Below the pieces are notes generated by a model that did not search any database, was not told where the DNA came from, and saw nothing but the letters and a program-made list of their open reading frames with translations. Positions 19,309 through 29,711 of a DNA stretch of 64,000 nucleotides are shown here, in pieces (position 1 is the stretch's first letter; the number at the start of each line of letters is the position of its first letter). The DNA lies in NCBI GenBank assembly GCA_965219995.1, contig CBDCOX010000002.1, positions 4,384,001-4,448,000 of the forward strand, written 5' to 3'. Position numbers and translations under genes: made by a program. The DNA is from Candidatus Latescibacterota bacterium. Its GTDB lineage: Bacteria; Latescibacterota; UBA2968; GCA-2709665.

Positions 19309-20544
19309 TCAGCCACACCAATCCACGATGGCGCGCGCGAGTACTTCGGCCCCGTCAGCCAGGCTCTGTTCGGGTATCTGCTCCTGGCTGGAGTGGGCTA
19401 CGCCCAGCGTTCCCGCGCCGATCACCACGGCGGGTACGCCAATCAGATTCGTGTAGAACCACGCATCGCACGACGCGGGCATCGCCGCCACCTCGGCGTT
19501 CTGTCCGCTGGCCAGGCAGGCCCGTTCCAGCGTGCCTACGATCGGATGATCGACGGGGACTTCGTTGCAATCGTGCCGGTACATGAACTCCATATCGAAA
19601 TGGTCCGGGAGCCAGTCGCCTCCCTCGGCCTTCAACGCCTCCTCCATCTCGCGCATCACTTCTTCTTTGGTGCGCGTGGGCAGGAATCCGAGAACGCCCT
19701 TGAACGTCGCTTTTCTCGGCGCCATTGCCGGCCAGTCCCCCGCCTCCAGCGTGCCAAACGTAATGGGCATCGGGTTGTCGTACGAATCGTAGAGCGGGTG
19801 CCCCCTGGATTCCGCCAACAATCGGCCGTGGTACCCCTCCAGAATCTCAATTGCCCGCATGGCTTCCTTCAGCGCGCTTACCGTACGCCCCGCCTGACCG
19901 CTGTGACCGGCCCGCCCGTAGACGTTTACCGTGAACCATACCGCGCCGCGGATGGAAGGAAGGATCTTCAGTTCGGACGGCTCCAGCACCAGCGCAGCAT
20001 CGGCGCGGTCGTCCCCTCGCACAAAAGCCAGCGTTCCGTTGCCGCCGCATTCCTCCTCGATTACCAGGTGACCGATCAGATCCCCCTTGAGCTCGATTCC
20101 CATCTCCTTGATCGCGGCGAGCGCCAGATAGAACATGGCGGCCTGACCCTTGCAGTCGCACGCGCCGCGGCCGAAAACGACGCCGTCTTCAACGCGCCCG
20201 TCGAACGGCCGGTCCTGGCCCGACGATGCCGGCACGACGTCCAGGTGGGTATTCACGATCAGCGACCGCCCCCCGCCGGTTCCATTCCTGACCACCCTCA
20301 GGTTCGGGCGATCCGCGTAGGTGATATCCGGAAGCCGGAACGAATAGTCGGGGTCCTCCTGAATGGCGTCCGCAACCGGTACCAGCTCGCGTTCGTCCAC
20401 CACCGCGTGCATTCGCGCGTGCAGCAGGCGCATCGCCTGTCCTTCGTCTCCGCGCACGGACGGAATGCGGATCAGATCGCACAGCAGTCCGACTGCGTCT
20501 TCCCTGTGAGTCTCTATTGCCGCTCTCAATTGCCGATGTTCCAA
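19309..20544 (-). CDS. M20 family deacylase (ArgE/DapE-like)
   Basis: NTHLDVVP, GRGACDCKG, EEECGG, AHS..E metal-binding motifs. Confidence 0.88.
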   Translation of the reverse strand: MEHRQLRAAIETHREDAVGLLCDLIRIPSVRGDEGQAMRLLHARMHAVVDERELVPVADAIQEDPDYSFRLPDITYADRPNLRVVRNGTGGGRSLIVNTHLDVVPASSGQDRPFDGRVEDGVVFGRGACDCKGQAAMFYLALAAIKEMGIELKGDLIGHLVIEEECGGNGTLAFVRGDDRADAALVLEPSELKILPSIRGAVWFTVNVYGRAGHSGQAGRTVSALKEAMRAIEILEGYHGRLLAESRGHPLYDSYDNPMPITFGTLEAGDWPAMAPRKATFKGVLGFLPTRTKEEVMREMEEALKAEGGDWLPDHFDMEFMYRHDCNEVPVDHPIVGTLERACLASGQNAEVAAMPASCDAWFYTNLIGVPAVVIGAGTLGVAHSSQEQIPEQSLADGAEVLARAIVDWCG

Positions 20545-20646
20545 GACCGCACTCCCCGGATCCGGCGCGCGCCTTCGCCCGCTCCGGATCCCCAGTTACC
20601 GGGACGGCATGACCGGTCGTCCCGTCTCCGACAGATGTCCGCCGGA

Positions 20647-21984
20647 TCACCCGGCGACTTCCTCCAGCGCACGGTCGAGGATGTCGATGCCCATCTCCGC
20701 CTCGCTTTCCGTAATCACGAGCGGCGGCGCGATCCGTACGACGTTTCCGTACAACCCGACCTTGCCCAGCAGCAGCCCGTGCGCTCCCGCCGTGAGGAGC
20801 ACGTCGGACGTCAGTTCCGGCGCGGGCGTCTTCTTTTCGGGATCCAGTACGAACTCCAGCCCGATCACGAGCCCCTGCCCGCGCACGTCGCCCAGGACCT
20901 CGTATTTCGCCATCAGTTCCCTGAGCCGCGCCATCATGCAGTCACCCACGCGTTGCGCGTTTTCCGGCAGCATCTCCTCTTCCATCACGTCCAGGACAGC
21001 GTGGGACGCAGCGCTGGCCAGCGGATTGCCGCCACAGGTGCTGGACATCTCACCCACCCCCATGCATTCGAAAATCCCGCTCTCACCGGCAAGCGCGGAC
21101 GCCGGCATTCCGCTGCCGATGCCCTTGCCCAGACAGACCATATTCGGCAGCAGGTCCTCCCACTCCAGCGCGAACAGCTTTCCGGTACGCCCGAACGACG
21201 ATTGCACCTCATCCAGAATGAAGACCATCTCCCGCTCACGCGCCCACGCTTCCAGCCCCTTCAGCCACCCGGCTGGCGGAAAAATAAAACCCGCGCCGCC
21301 TTGATAGGGCTCTGTGATGACCGCGCCAACGTCTCCCGTGGACGTGGAATCGATGATGCGGTCCAGGTTTTCCAGGCAGCGTTGCGCGCACTCCTCTTCC
21401 GTTTCGCTATTGTAGAAATCCCGATAAAAGTAGGGAAACGGCGCCAGTATTCCACCCGGTAGCTGCGGACCGAACGCGCGCTTCGTCTTCATATTTCCGG
21501 CCACGCTCATCGGTCCGTACGTGCGTCCGTGAAATCCCCCGTAGAACGAAAGCACCTCGTGCTTGCCCGTGAACCGCTTCGCGATGCGGATCGCCGCCTC
21601 CGTCGCCTCGGCTCCCGTCGTCAGCAGAAAGGTCTGATCGATGTTTTCGGGCAACAGGTCGGTCAGTCGTTTCGACAGCGTCACGCGTTCCGGCGTCGGA
21701 AACGAATAACAGTTCATCAGGCGCCCGGCCTGTTCCCGTATGCTCTCCACGTGGCGCGGGTGGGAGTGCCCCAGATTGGTGACCAGCACGCCGGAGGTGA
21801 AGTCGAGAAACCGGTTGCCGTCCACGTCCCACACCCAGACGCCCTCGCCGTGGTCCCACACCACCGGCACCTGATCGGCCATGCACGGCGGCTCGTATTC
21901 CCTCGAAACGTCGAGCAATTCGGCGGACCGGGGTCCGGGAATCTCCCGCTTCTCCAATGTGATCGCGTTCGCCGCCCGCGCCAT
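20647..21984 (-). CDS. Class III PLP aminotransferase (GabT-like)
   Basis: TGAEATE, FHGRT, LDEVQSSFGRTG, LGKGIG, T.GGNP. Confidence 0.9.
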   Translation of the reverse strand: MARAANAITLEKREIPGPRSAELLDVSREYEPPCMADQVPVVWDHGEGVWVWDVDGNRFLDFTSGVLVTNLGHSHPRHVESIREQAGRLMNCYSFPTPERVTLSKRLTDLLPENIDQTFLLTTGAEATEAAIRIAKRFTGKHEVLSFYGGFHGRTYGPMSVAGNMKTKRAFGPQLPGGILAPFPYFYRDFYNSETEEECAQRCLENLDRIIDSTSTGDVGAVITEPYQGGAGFIFPPAGWLKGLEAWAREREMVFILDEVQSSFGRTGKLFALEWEDLLPNMVCLGKGIGSGMPASALAGESGIFECMGVGEMSSTCGGNPLASAASHAVLDVMEEEMLPENAQRVGDCMMARLRELMAKYEVLGDVRGQGLVIGLEFVLDPEKKTPAPELTSDVLLTAGAHGLLLGKVGLYGNVVRIAPPLVITESEAEMGIDILDRALEEVAG

Positions 21985-22008
21985 ATCAGATCTCCCGACA
22001 GGTTGATG

Positions 22009-22998
22009 CTATGCCAGTTCCTTGTTGATCAGAAACCGCGGCGGCCGTCCTTCGATAAACCGCACAAAGTCCTCCATCACCTTCTCACGCATGCTCCAGT
22101 TCGCCTCTTCGGAATACCACGCCAGATGGGGCGCGAGGAGCGCATTCTCCAGATTGAACAGGTCCATTTCCGGATCGGGCGGTTCCTGCTCGTAGACGTC
22201 GATGGCGGCGCCCGCAATCCAGCCCTCCCTCAGCGCACGCGCGAGGGCATCCGCGTCCACCAGACCTCCCCTGGCGGTATTCACAAGATAGGTGTGGGAC
22301 TTCATCGCCCGAAGTTCCTTTTCGCCGATGAGATGGTAGGAATCTTCGTCGAGCGACGCGTGAACCGTGATCATATCCGCTTCTTTGATCACCGTGTCGA
22401 GGTCCACCACCTGCACACCCAGTTCTTTACGGCGTTCCGCGGAGAGATACGGATCGCAGACCAGGACGTTCACGTCGAACCCCGCCAGTTTCCGCAGCGT
22501 GAGGCTCCCGATGCGGCCGCACCCGACAATGCCCACGGTCTTTCCCTTGACGGAATAGACCGGATATACGTCGGTGAAGTCCCATATCCCGTTTCGGCTC
22601 GACGCTTCCAGAATTCTCCGTCCCACGTTCAGCTTCCGCCAGCCCGCCAGCATCAGCGTGATGGCGTGTTCGGCCACCTCGTCCGAACAGTAGTCCGGCT
22701 CGTAGGCGACCCGGATTCCCTTTTTCGTCGCCGCGCTCACGTCCACGTTGTCGTATCCCACGCCATGCCTCAGGATCAACCTGCACCTTTCCAGCTGATC
22801 GATCACGCTCGCAGTCATCTTTACCATATTCACCAGAATCATATCCGCGTCGACGATCGTTTCGACCAGATCCGGCTCGGACCTGAACTTCAGCTGATGA
22901 TATTCGAAGGTGACGTGTCCGTATTTGCCGAGTTCTTCCTCTTCCCATTTCAGATCGGGCTCAATATAGTCGGTGACCACAATTTTGATCGGCTCCAT
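22009..22998 (-). CDS. D-2-hydroxyacid dehydrogenase (CtBP/SerA-like)
   Basis: GVGYDNVD, GIVGCGRIG, VNTARG, DVYEQEP, PHLAWYS. Confidence 0.9.
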   Translation of the reverse strand: MEPIKIVVTDYIEPDLKWEEEELGKYGHVTFEYHQLKFRSEPDLVETIVDADMILVNMVKMTASVIDQLERCRLILRHGVGYDNVDVSAATKKGIRVAYEPDYCSDEVAEHAITLMLAGWRKLNVGRRILEASSRNGIWDFTDVYPVYSVKGKTVGIVGCGRIGSLTLRKLAGFDVNVLVCDPYLSAERRKELGVQVVDLDTVIKEADMITVHASLDEDSYHLIGEKELRAMKSHTYLVNTARGGLVDADALARALREGWIAGAAIDVYEQEPPDPEMDLFNLENALLAPHLAWYSEEANWSMREKVMEDFVRFIEGRPPRFLINKELA

Positions 22999-23027
22999 AG
23001 AACGCTCCTGAGAATAGAGATGCGGGT

Positions 23028-24071
23028 TTACCCGCCAAAAGGCAGCGCCACGGGATTGCCCGTCCTCGCCGATTCGTAGATCGCCAGGATAATCTCGATC
23101 GCACGCTTCGATTCCGGACCATCGATTTCCGGCTCGCCGCCTTCATTCAGAATACGTACCATCTCCGCTATCTGCGCCTTGTGCCCCTCCGTGCCGAACG
23201 TCCTGGAATCCGATGCCGCCCTGGCGACGTCGGTCGTGTCCGCCGCGGCCTCCTCCACGCTTTCGCCCTCCACGTCCCACCTGGTAATCTGGTCCGCTTC
23301 CACCACGACCGTACCCCGATCACCGGATAACTCCATGCGGGCGGGCAACCCGGGATACGCCGCGGAAGACGCTTCGATCACACCCAGCGCTCCGTTCTCG
23401 TATTCCAGTGTGGCAACCACGGTGTCTTCCACTTCGATATCGTGGATTAATGTGCCCATCCTGGCGTAGACGCGCTTGACCGGTCCCATGATCCACTGGA
23501 GCAGGTCCACCGTGTGGCTGCCCTGCGTCATCAGGGCCCCGCCGCCCTCCATCGCCCAGTCGCCGCGCCAATCGTCCGCATCGTAATAGGCCTGCGGCCG
23601 AAACCACTTGATATAGGCGTCGGCCAGCACCATTCTGCCGAGAGCGCCGGATTGAACAGCGGCTCGCACCCGGTTGACGGCCTCCCCGTACCGCAACTGA
23701 AATACCCCCATGAGTTTCACCCCTGCGTCTCCGGCCGCTCCAATAATGCGATCCATATTCTGAATCGACACATCCAGAGGCTTTTCCACGATCAGATGCT
23801 TTCCCGCCGCCGCCGCATCGGTGACGATCGGAATGCGGACGCCGCTGGGCGTACATATACAGACGACGTCCACTTCCGGCCGGCGAAGAACGGCTTCGTG
23901 GTCGGTAAACCAGGGGACGCCGTGGGCTTCTCCGGTGGCCCGGGCGCGCGATTCGCTGCGGCTGTACACCGCGACAAGCTCCGCTCCTTCGGTGTCCTGC
24001 ACGGCGCCAATGTGATAATCCGCCACCACGCCGCATCCAATCATTGCAAAACCGACGGTCCGATCACCCAT
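23028..24071 (-). CDS. Gfo/Idh/MocA oxidoreductase
   Basis: AMIGCG, HLIVEKPL, GGGALMTQGSH. Confidence 0.9.
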   Translation of the reverse strand: MGDRTVGFAMIGCGVVADYHIGAVQDTEGAELVAVYSRSESRARATGEAHGVPWFTDHEAVLRRPEVDVVCICTPSGVRIPIVTDAAAAGKHLIVEKPLDVSIQNMDRIIGAAGDAGVKLMGVFQLRYGEAVNRVRAAVQSGALGRMVLADAYIKWFRPQAYYDADDWRGDWAMEGGGALMTQGSHTVDLLQWIMGPVKRVYARMGTLIHDIEVEDTVVATLEYENGALGVIEASSAAYPGLPARMELSGDRGTVVVEADQITRWDVEGESVEEAAADTTDVARAASDSRTFGTEGHKAQIAEMVRILNEGGEPEIDGPESKRAIEIILAIYESARTGNPVALPFGG

Positions 24072-24298
24072 AGACGAATCCTCCCGGACGATACCTTCAA
24101 CATGCATGGAAAACCCCAAAGCGACGGCGCACGTCCGGCGGCGATGTGCCGCAGCCGGTTCTTCGGGGCTTGCCCGAAGGCCGCGTGTGGTGTATCTTTT
24201 TCGGGCCTTGCGTCCGTCAGGCCGGCGGGCCCCTTCGACTCCCCGTTTCTTGACTCCGGGTTGCGAAAGACGCGTTCACCTGCGGAGGACATGACCGG

Positions 24299-25126
24299 AT
24301 GGAATACGTGCATTCCGATCTTCTGGACGGCAAAGTCGCGTGGGTCACGGCTTCCGCGCGAGGCCTGGGACGGGCGATCGCGGAACGTCTTGCACGTTGC
24401 GGCGCTTCGATGGTTGTCCACGCAAGGTCCGACCGGACGGCCGCCGAGTTCGACGAAGCCCCGTCGACGACTCACGTGGCCCGGGAAATCGGGAGAGCGG
24501 GCAACGCAGTGATTGCCGTATTCGCGGACGTCTCGGACCCCGTACAGGTTGAGACCGCAGTTGAACGCATCGAAAGCGAACTCGGCCCCATCGACATTCT
24601 GGTGAACAATGCCGGAGGCGACATCGCGGCGGCGGGCGGAAAACCGAAGCCCAACGATACGCTGGATATTCCGCTGGAAGACGTGGAAGCCGTGTTCAAG
24701 AGGAATTTCGACACGACCCTGCATTGCTGCCGCGCCGTTGTTCCAGGCATGATTCAGCGCGGGGGCGGCAGAATCGTCAATATCGGCTCGGTGGACAGCT
24801 TTACCGGCGCGCCCGGGGGAGGTCCCGTCTACGCCACGGCCAAAGCGGCGCAGACCCACTATACCCGCTGCCTGGCCGCTCAACTCCGGGAGCACAACAT
24901 CACCGTGAACATGGTTGCGCCGGGCGACTCCCCCAGCGGTCGCTTTATCGCCACGGGTCAGGCCGACCCGGAATATCTGAGCGCAATGAACCGGCCCACG
25001 CTGATCCGATACGCGTATCCGGATGAGATCGCGCGGGCCGTGCAGTTCTTCGTGTCACCACTGGCGAGCTTCGTGAGCGGGCAGATCCTGCGCGTGGACG
25101 GAGGCGCGCAACTCTCCCCGGCGTAG
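24299..25126 (+). CDS. Short-chain dehydrogenase/reductase
   Basis: TASARGLG, LVNNAG, YATAK catalytic motif, VDGG. Confidence 0.9.
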   Translation: MEYVHSDLLDGKVAWVTASARGLGRAIAERLARCGASMVVHARSDRTAAEFDEAPSTTHVAREIGRAGNAVIAVFADVSDPVQVETAVERIESELGPIDILVNNAGGDIAAAGGKPKPNDTLDIPLEDVEAVFKRNFDTTLHCCRAVVPGMIQRGGGRIVNIGSVDSFTGAPGGGPVYATAKAAQTHYTRCLAAQLREHNITVNMVAPGDSPSGRFIATGQADPEYLSAMNRPTLIRYAYPDEIARAVQFFVSPLASFVSGQILRVDGGAQLSPA

Positions 25127-25147
25127 TCCGCCCGGCGACGACGCCCG

Positions 25148-25744
25148 TCAGCGCCTGTCCAGTTCCGCCCGGTAATCCTCCGGCGTATCGATATCCCGCA
25201 ACACCCCCCCATCCTCCACTTCGACTTCGATCGTGTCGTGCGGGTGCCCCCGCATAACGGGTTTCAGCCCGTCTTCCCCCGTTAGAGATCGGATTGCAGG
25301 GAGATAACGACCCAGATCCACCAGGGCCGGATGCCCCCGTCTGCCCTGATATACAGGAACCACGATTCCCTTATTGCCGTTCCGATACACCGTCGCAACC
25401 TTCCTGACGACGCTCTCGCGGATATGCGGTTGGTCGCCCAGGGCGATTAACGCCGCATCGGCCGATTCTTCCAGGGCTGAAAGCCCGCACATGATACTCG
25501 AAAACATCCCCTCACGGTAGTCGGGATTCGTTTGAAACAGGACGGGCCGTTCCGCCAGACTTGCACGTACGGCGTCCGCCTTGTGGCCCAGCACCACCAG
25601 GACATCATCCAGTTCGGCCTCCAGCAGCGTATCGACCACGGCCTGAAGTACCGTCTTTCCGCGGAACGGCAACAGCTGTTTGGGAGACCCCATGCGTGTA
25701 GACATCCCCGCAGCCGGCACGAGCGCGCAAATGCGTTTTGTCAT
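25148..25744 (-). CDS. MocA/YgfJ-like nucleotidyltransferase
   Basis: AAGMSTRMGSPKQLL, LGDQP, RGHP, DIDTPEDY. Confidence 0.88.
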   Translation of the reverse strand: MTKRICALVPAAGMSTRMGSPKQLLPFRGKTVLQAVVDTLLEAELDDVLVVLGHKADAVRASLAERPVLFQTNPDYREGMFSSIMCGLSALEESADAALIALGDQPHIRESVVRKVATVYRNGNKGIVVPVYQGRRGHPALVDLGRYLPAIRSLTGEDGLKPVMRGHPHDTIEVEVEDGGVLRDIDTPEDYRAELDRR

Positions 25745-25998
25745 CTGGTTATCAAGTATAATAAAAAACCGGCGCGGAGACCACAACTTCTGACCGGCTG
25801 CGGGACAGGACGGGTGCGTCCTGCAGATCCGCATTTAAAACAACTACTTACTCGTCACCCTTCCAGGCAGGCCGCCGGGAGGCCGTTCCGGACCGCAGTC
25901 CGGCGAATGAGATAACTCCGACGCGGCGCCCATTCGCGCGAGATTATTGATAAAACTAATAAAAACAAATGATTAATTCGTCCATTTCACGCTTTACC

Positions 25999-26026
25999 TT
26001 GACTTTTTTCCATTAAATAGTACATT
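25999..26026 (+). promoter_or_regulatory. Sigma70-like promoter
   Basis: TTGACT-16 nt-TACATT in AT-rich divergent region. Confidence 0.5.
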
Positions 26027-26093
26027 ACATCCCTTTGATAGGTGCAGGGGGTCGAATTTCGCACGTCCTCAGCCTCCGGATAAGGCATTTCAG

Positions 26094-26339
26094 GTGCTCT
26101 GTGAAACGTGTGAAAAGCGTCCCGCCACACGGATCTCCACCCGGATCATCAATGGCGGGAAACAGATCGCGTATCGTTGCGAAGTCTGCGACACGTTACC
26201 GGAAGCCGGGTCGCAACCTCGCCTGGAGCGCCCTTGCGTGCGTTGCGGGAAGGAAGAGGGCGTTGTCAAGTATACGCGATTCGCTGAACGATATCGAACC
26301 GTAACCTATCTTTGTGAAACCTGCGCGGCCGGGCCCTGA
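26094..26339 (+). CDS. Small zinc-binding protein with two McsA/ClpE N-terminal-like CxxC-x22-CxxC modules
   Basis: CETC-x22-CEVC and CVRC-x22-CETC; N-terminus LCETCEKRPAT..TRIING resembles McsA. Confidence 0.7.
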   Translation: MLCETCEKRPATRISTRIINGGKQIAYRCEVCDTLPEAGSQPRLERPCVRCGKEEGVVKYTRFAERYRTVTYLCETCAAGP

Positions 26340-26409
26340 TGTCCTGTCTCCGGAAGTTGTCACCATGCTTTCCCGCCTGCGCCGCGCCCTTGAGCAACCG
26401 GACAGCCGC

Positions 26410-29400
26410 ATGATGGATACCAGCACATTCCTTAATCCCCCGGCCCCCTATCGAATTCTGCCTACCTGGACCTGGAACAGCACGATCGAGGAGGGAGAGA
26501 TCGTGCGTCAGATCCGGGAGATGGGTGAAAAGGGTCTGGGTGGATTCTGCCTGTCCGCGGGGCCGGGGCTTCGCATTCCGTACCTTTCCAGAGTCTGGTT
26601 CGATCGGGTTCGCGTGGCTGTGGAAACCGCCCGCGAGGTTGGACTTCAGGTCTGGCTGCACGACGAATATCCTCACCCCCACAGCATCAGCGGCGTCCAG
26701 GTATCGTTGGGGTACCCGCAGTATCGGGCCCAACACCTTACGTTTGACGAAATCACGGTCCAGGGTGGCCAGCAGGTCGATATGGAGCTTCCATGGGGAA
26801 CCGTGCTGCGCGCGCTGGCCGTTCCGTTGAAACGCGACCGGTGCCTCTGGGAGGACGTCGCGGATATCGGCGACAATATCGGCGCGAATCAACGGCAGGA
26901 AATATTCCGCGAACACGCGGACGACGCGGTTTACCACAACAAACGGTTTCTTGCCGGCCACCTCACACACCGCCTGTTCTGGAAGGCGCCGCCGGGGCGC
27001 TGGAGAGTGCTTGTCTTCATCCAGCGGGAAAACGAAGCGGCGCAACCCCATGGAATCCACTTCGATCCGTTCAACGCGGATGCCGTCGCCTGCTTTCTCG
27101 AGACCACCCACGGAAGGTACGCCAGCGGGCTGGCGGACGATTTCGGCCGCGTGATTCAGGGCATTCTTACCACCGAGGCGTTTCCCACTCCCGGGAGATG
27201 GCCCTGGTCTCCGACATTGCCCCGGGTATTTCAGGACCGGAACCGGTACGACCTGCTTAAGTGCCTCCCGGCGCTGATGACCTATTTCGGCCCGAACACG
27301 GCCCGGATCCGGTATGATTACTTCCAGACGCTGAGCGAGATGCTCAGGGACAACTTCCACAAAGCCTTTGAGACGTGGTGCGCGAAACGGAACGTGCTGC
27401 ATGCGGCCGACGTCACCGTCTTCAGGAACGCCCACCGGCGCAACGTCCATATTCCCGGGACGTGCGGAGGCGGCGAAAAGGTAGGCGGGTTCAGAAATGG
27501 GGACGCGCACGCCGCCTCGTATCGCCGCAACCCCCGGTTCTCCGTTTCGGAGCACGACGGGGGCCGGGCGTTCAACACATGTTTCCAGGATACCGGCTGG
27601 TCGCTGACGCTCCAGGATATGAAATGGACGGTCGACCGGATGGGCGCACTCGGCGCGAATCTCTTTCACGCGCGGGGATTGTCCTACACCCTCGACGGAC
27701 TGCGCAAGCACGACAGTCCGCCCTCGATTTTCCATCAGAACCCGTACTGGAAACATTTCCGGCTTCTGGCGGATTACGCCGGCCGCCTCTCCTACGTCCT
27801 CAGCCAGGGACGCCGGAGGGCCAACCTGGCACTTCTGGATCCGGTGACGAGCCTCTGGGCGCACCTGGGCAGTCCCGGCCTCGGATGGGAATATATCGGT
27901 TACGACGAGGATGAGGCCAAGCTCACCCAGCGGCTCGCTACAGATTGGGCGTACCTGATAGAGTCCATGTGCCGGATGCAGCGCGATTTCGACTCCCTGG
28001 ATCCGGAAACCCTCGCGGCGGCGCGCGTCGCCGGAAATCGGCTGCAGATCGACGGAGCCGGCTACGACGTGCTCATCCTGCCTCCCATCACAAACCTGGA
28101 GCGAGACGCGTTTGAACGTATCAGGCAATTCATCAATGCCGGCGGCAGAGTCATCTGTCTCGGCCTGCTTCCGATCGAAGACATCCAGGAGGGGCCATCG
28201 GTTGTCGAGGCTTTCTCCCGCCTGACCGATATGGAGCCCGGTAGAATGAGGCGGGACTATATCGGCCACGAACTGGGCGTACATCTGATTCAGCGGGGAA
28301 ACCTCTACTTCATTCGCACGGGTGGTTCCGTCGAAAAAAACCGCGGCGCCCGAATGCTGGGCGATCTGCTCCACCGGATCCTTCCCGCGGACGTGATTGT
28401 CGAGACCGACAAAAAGAACGGATCTGCGATATTGGCGCAGAGACGAGAGACGGCAAACGAAGATCTGTTTTTCTTTGCCAATACCGACCGGAACGCCTTC
28501 ACGTCCCGGATCACCCTGGAGATTCCGCCCCACAGGCGAAAGGTGGAACGGTGGGATCTGGAAACAGGCAGGCGCACCCCATTGCCGGTGGAGCGCGAAG
28601 GAGATCGGGTCAGGCTCAACGTCGACTTCGAACGATTGCAGTCCCACCTGATTGTTGCGTCAGAAGACAAACCGCAGCCTCCCGGCGAATCGGAAACCCC
28701 GGCCGTTCTGCGTCCCGACGGGAGCGACCCGTGGAAAGTCGATCCCGAAGAGGACAACTGCCTTCGCCTGGACAGGTTCCAGATGCAACTCGATCCGCAG
28801 AACAAGGGGATCGAGCAGGGCTGGCACAAACCGGGCTACAGGGACAATCGCTGGACGTCCGTAACCCCCAAGCCGGTTGTCGACCAGATTGGAGACCTGT
28901 CGTCTCTCTCCGGACTGCCTTTCACGTTCAATGGCGCCGGACCGGGCAGGACCGCCGGTCCCGGTATCGAATTTCCCCTGGTCTGCTGGTTCAGAACGGC
29001 ATTCTCCGCCGACGTCGTGCCGTCCAAACTGTCCCTGGTCATGGACCGCAGCGCCATTCTGGGCAATTACCAGATCTATCTGAACGGCGTCCGACTGCCG
29101 GGCAAGGCTTTTCGTCCCACTTTCAGGTACGACCACAACAACGTCACCTGCGCGGTGGTGCGCCGCGCAACGACCGGAAGGAACGTCCTGGCCATCCGCG
29201 TGGAACTGGACGATCTCAACCAGGGCCTCGTCGACGCCTTTTATCTCTTCGGAAAATTCGGCGTGAGGCGCTGGCTCAACCACTATTTGCGAATGGTTGC
29301 CCCGGTCGACCGTGGATTCCCGGGCGAGCTGGACGAGCAGAAAATGCCATATTACGCGGGCACGGTCGTGTATACGAAGGATATGACGTTTGCCGAGCCT

Positions 29401-29652
29401 CCCGAGACCGAACAGTTCGTTTTTTCGCTCGAAGAAGAACTTAAGGACGTTTCGGATATTGTAGAGGTGGCCATCAACGGCCGCTCCCTGGGCACGAGGG
29501 CCTGGGCGCCCTACAAGTGGTCGGCCAGAACCGAATGGCTGAAGCCGGGAAAGAACCGAATCGTCGTCCGGATGACCAACACGCTTTCCCGGCTTCTCAC
29601 CGGCTGTGAATTCGAGACCCGATCCCACTCCCTGGAGCCCGTCAAACTGTAG
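26410..29652 (+). CDS. Large glycoside hydrolase, GH106 (alpha-L-rhamnosidase)-like
   Basis: FLNPP..YR..P.W.WN, GLGGF, WLHDEYP, RKHDSPPS.F.QNPYW; C-terminal EVAING..LG.RAWAPY; start may be 26365. Confidence 0.8.
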   Translation: MMDTSTFLNPPAPYRILPTWTWNSTIEEGEIVRQIREMGEKGLGGFCLSAGPGLRIPYLSRVWFDRVRVAVETAREVGLQVWLHDEYPHPHSISGVQVSLGYPQYRAQHLTFDEITVQGGQQVDMELPWGTVLRALAVPLKRDRCLWEDVADIGDNIGANQRQEIFREHADDAVYHNKRFLAGHLTHRLFWKAPPGRWRVLVFIQRENEAAQPHGIHFDPFNADAVACFLETTHGRYASGLADDFGRVIQGILTTEAFPTPGRWPWSPTLPRVFQDRNRYDLLKCLPALMTYFGPNTARIRYDYFQTLSEMLRDNFHKAFETWCAKRNVLHAADVTVFRNAHRRNVHIPGTCGGGEKVGGFRNGDAHAASYRRNPRFSVSEHDGGRAFNTCFQDTGWSLTLQDMKWTVDRMGALGANLFHARGLSYTLDGLRKHDSPPSIFHQNPYWKHFRLLADYAGRLSYVLSQGRRRANLALLDPVTSLWAHLGSPGLGWEYIGYDEDEAKLTQRLATDWAYLIESMCRMQRDFDSLDPETLAAARVAGNRLQIDGAGYDVLILPPITNLERDAFERIRQFINAGGRVICLGLLPIEDIQEGPSVVEAFSRLTDMEPGRMRRDYIGHELGVHLIQRGNLYFIRTGGSVEKNRGARMLGDLLHRILPADVIVETDKKNGSAILAQRRETANEDLFFFANTDRNAFTSRITLEIPPHRRKVERWDLETGRRTPLPVEREGDRVRLNVDFERLQSHLIVASEDKPQPPGESETPAVLRPDGSDPWKVDPEEDNCLRLDRFQMQLDPQNKGIEQGWHKPGYRDNRWTSVTPKPVVDQIGDLSSLSGLPFTFNGAGPGRTAGPGIEFPLVCWFRTAFSADVVPSKLSLVMDRSAILGNYQIYLNGVRLPGKAFRPTFRYDHNNVTCAVVRRATTGRNVLAIRVELDDLNQGLVDAFYLFGKFGVRRWLNHYLRMVAPVDRGFPGELDEQKMPYYAGTVVYTKDMTFAEPPETEQFVFSLEEELKDVSDIVEVAINGRSLGTRAWAPYKWSARTEWLKPGKNRIVVRMTNTLSRLLTGCEFETRSHSLEPVKL

Positions 29653-29711
29653 ATAACCGGGGTCGGCCGGCGCTGGCCCGCTCCCTCACCTGAGGAACCG
29701 GATGCGCCAAG

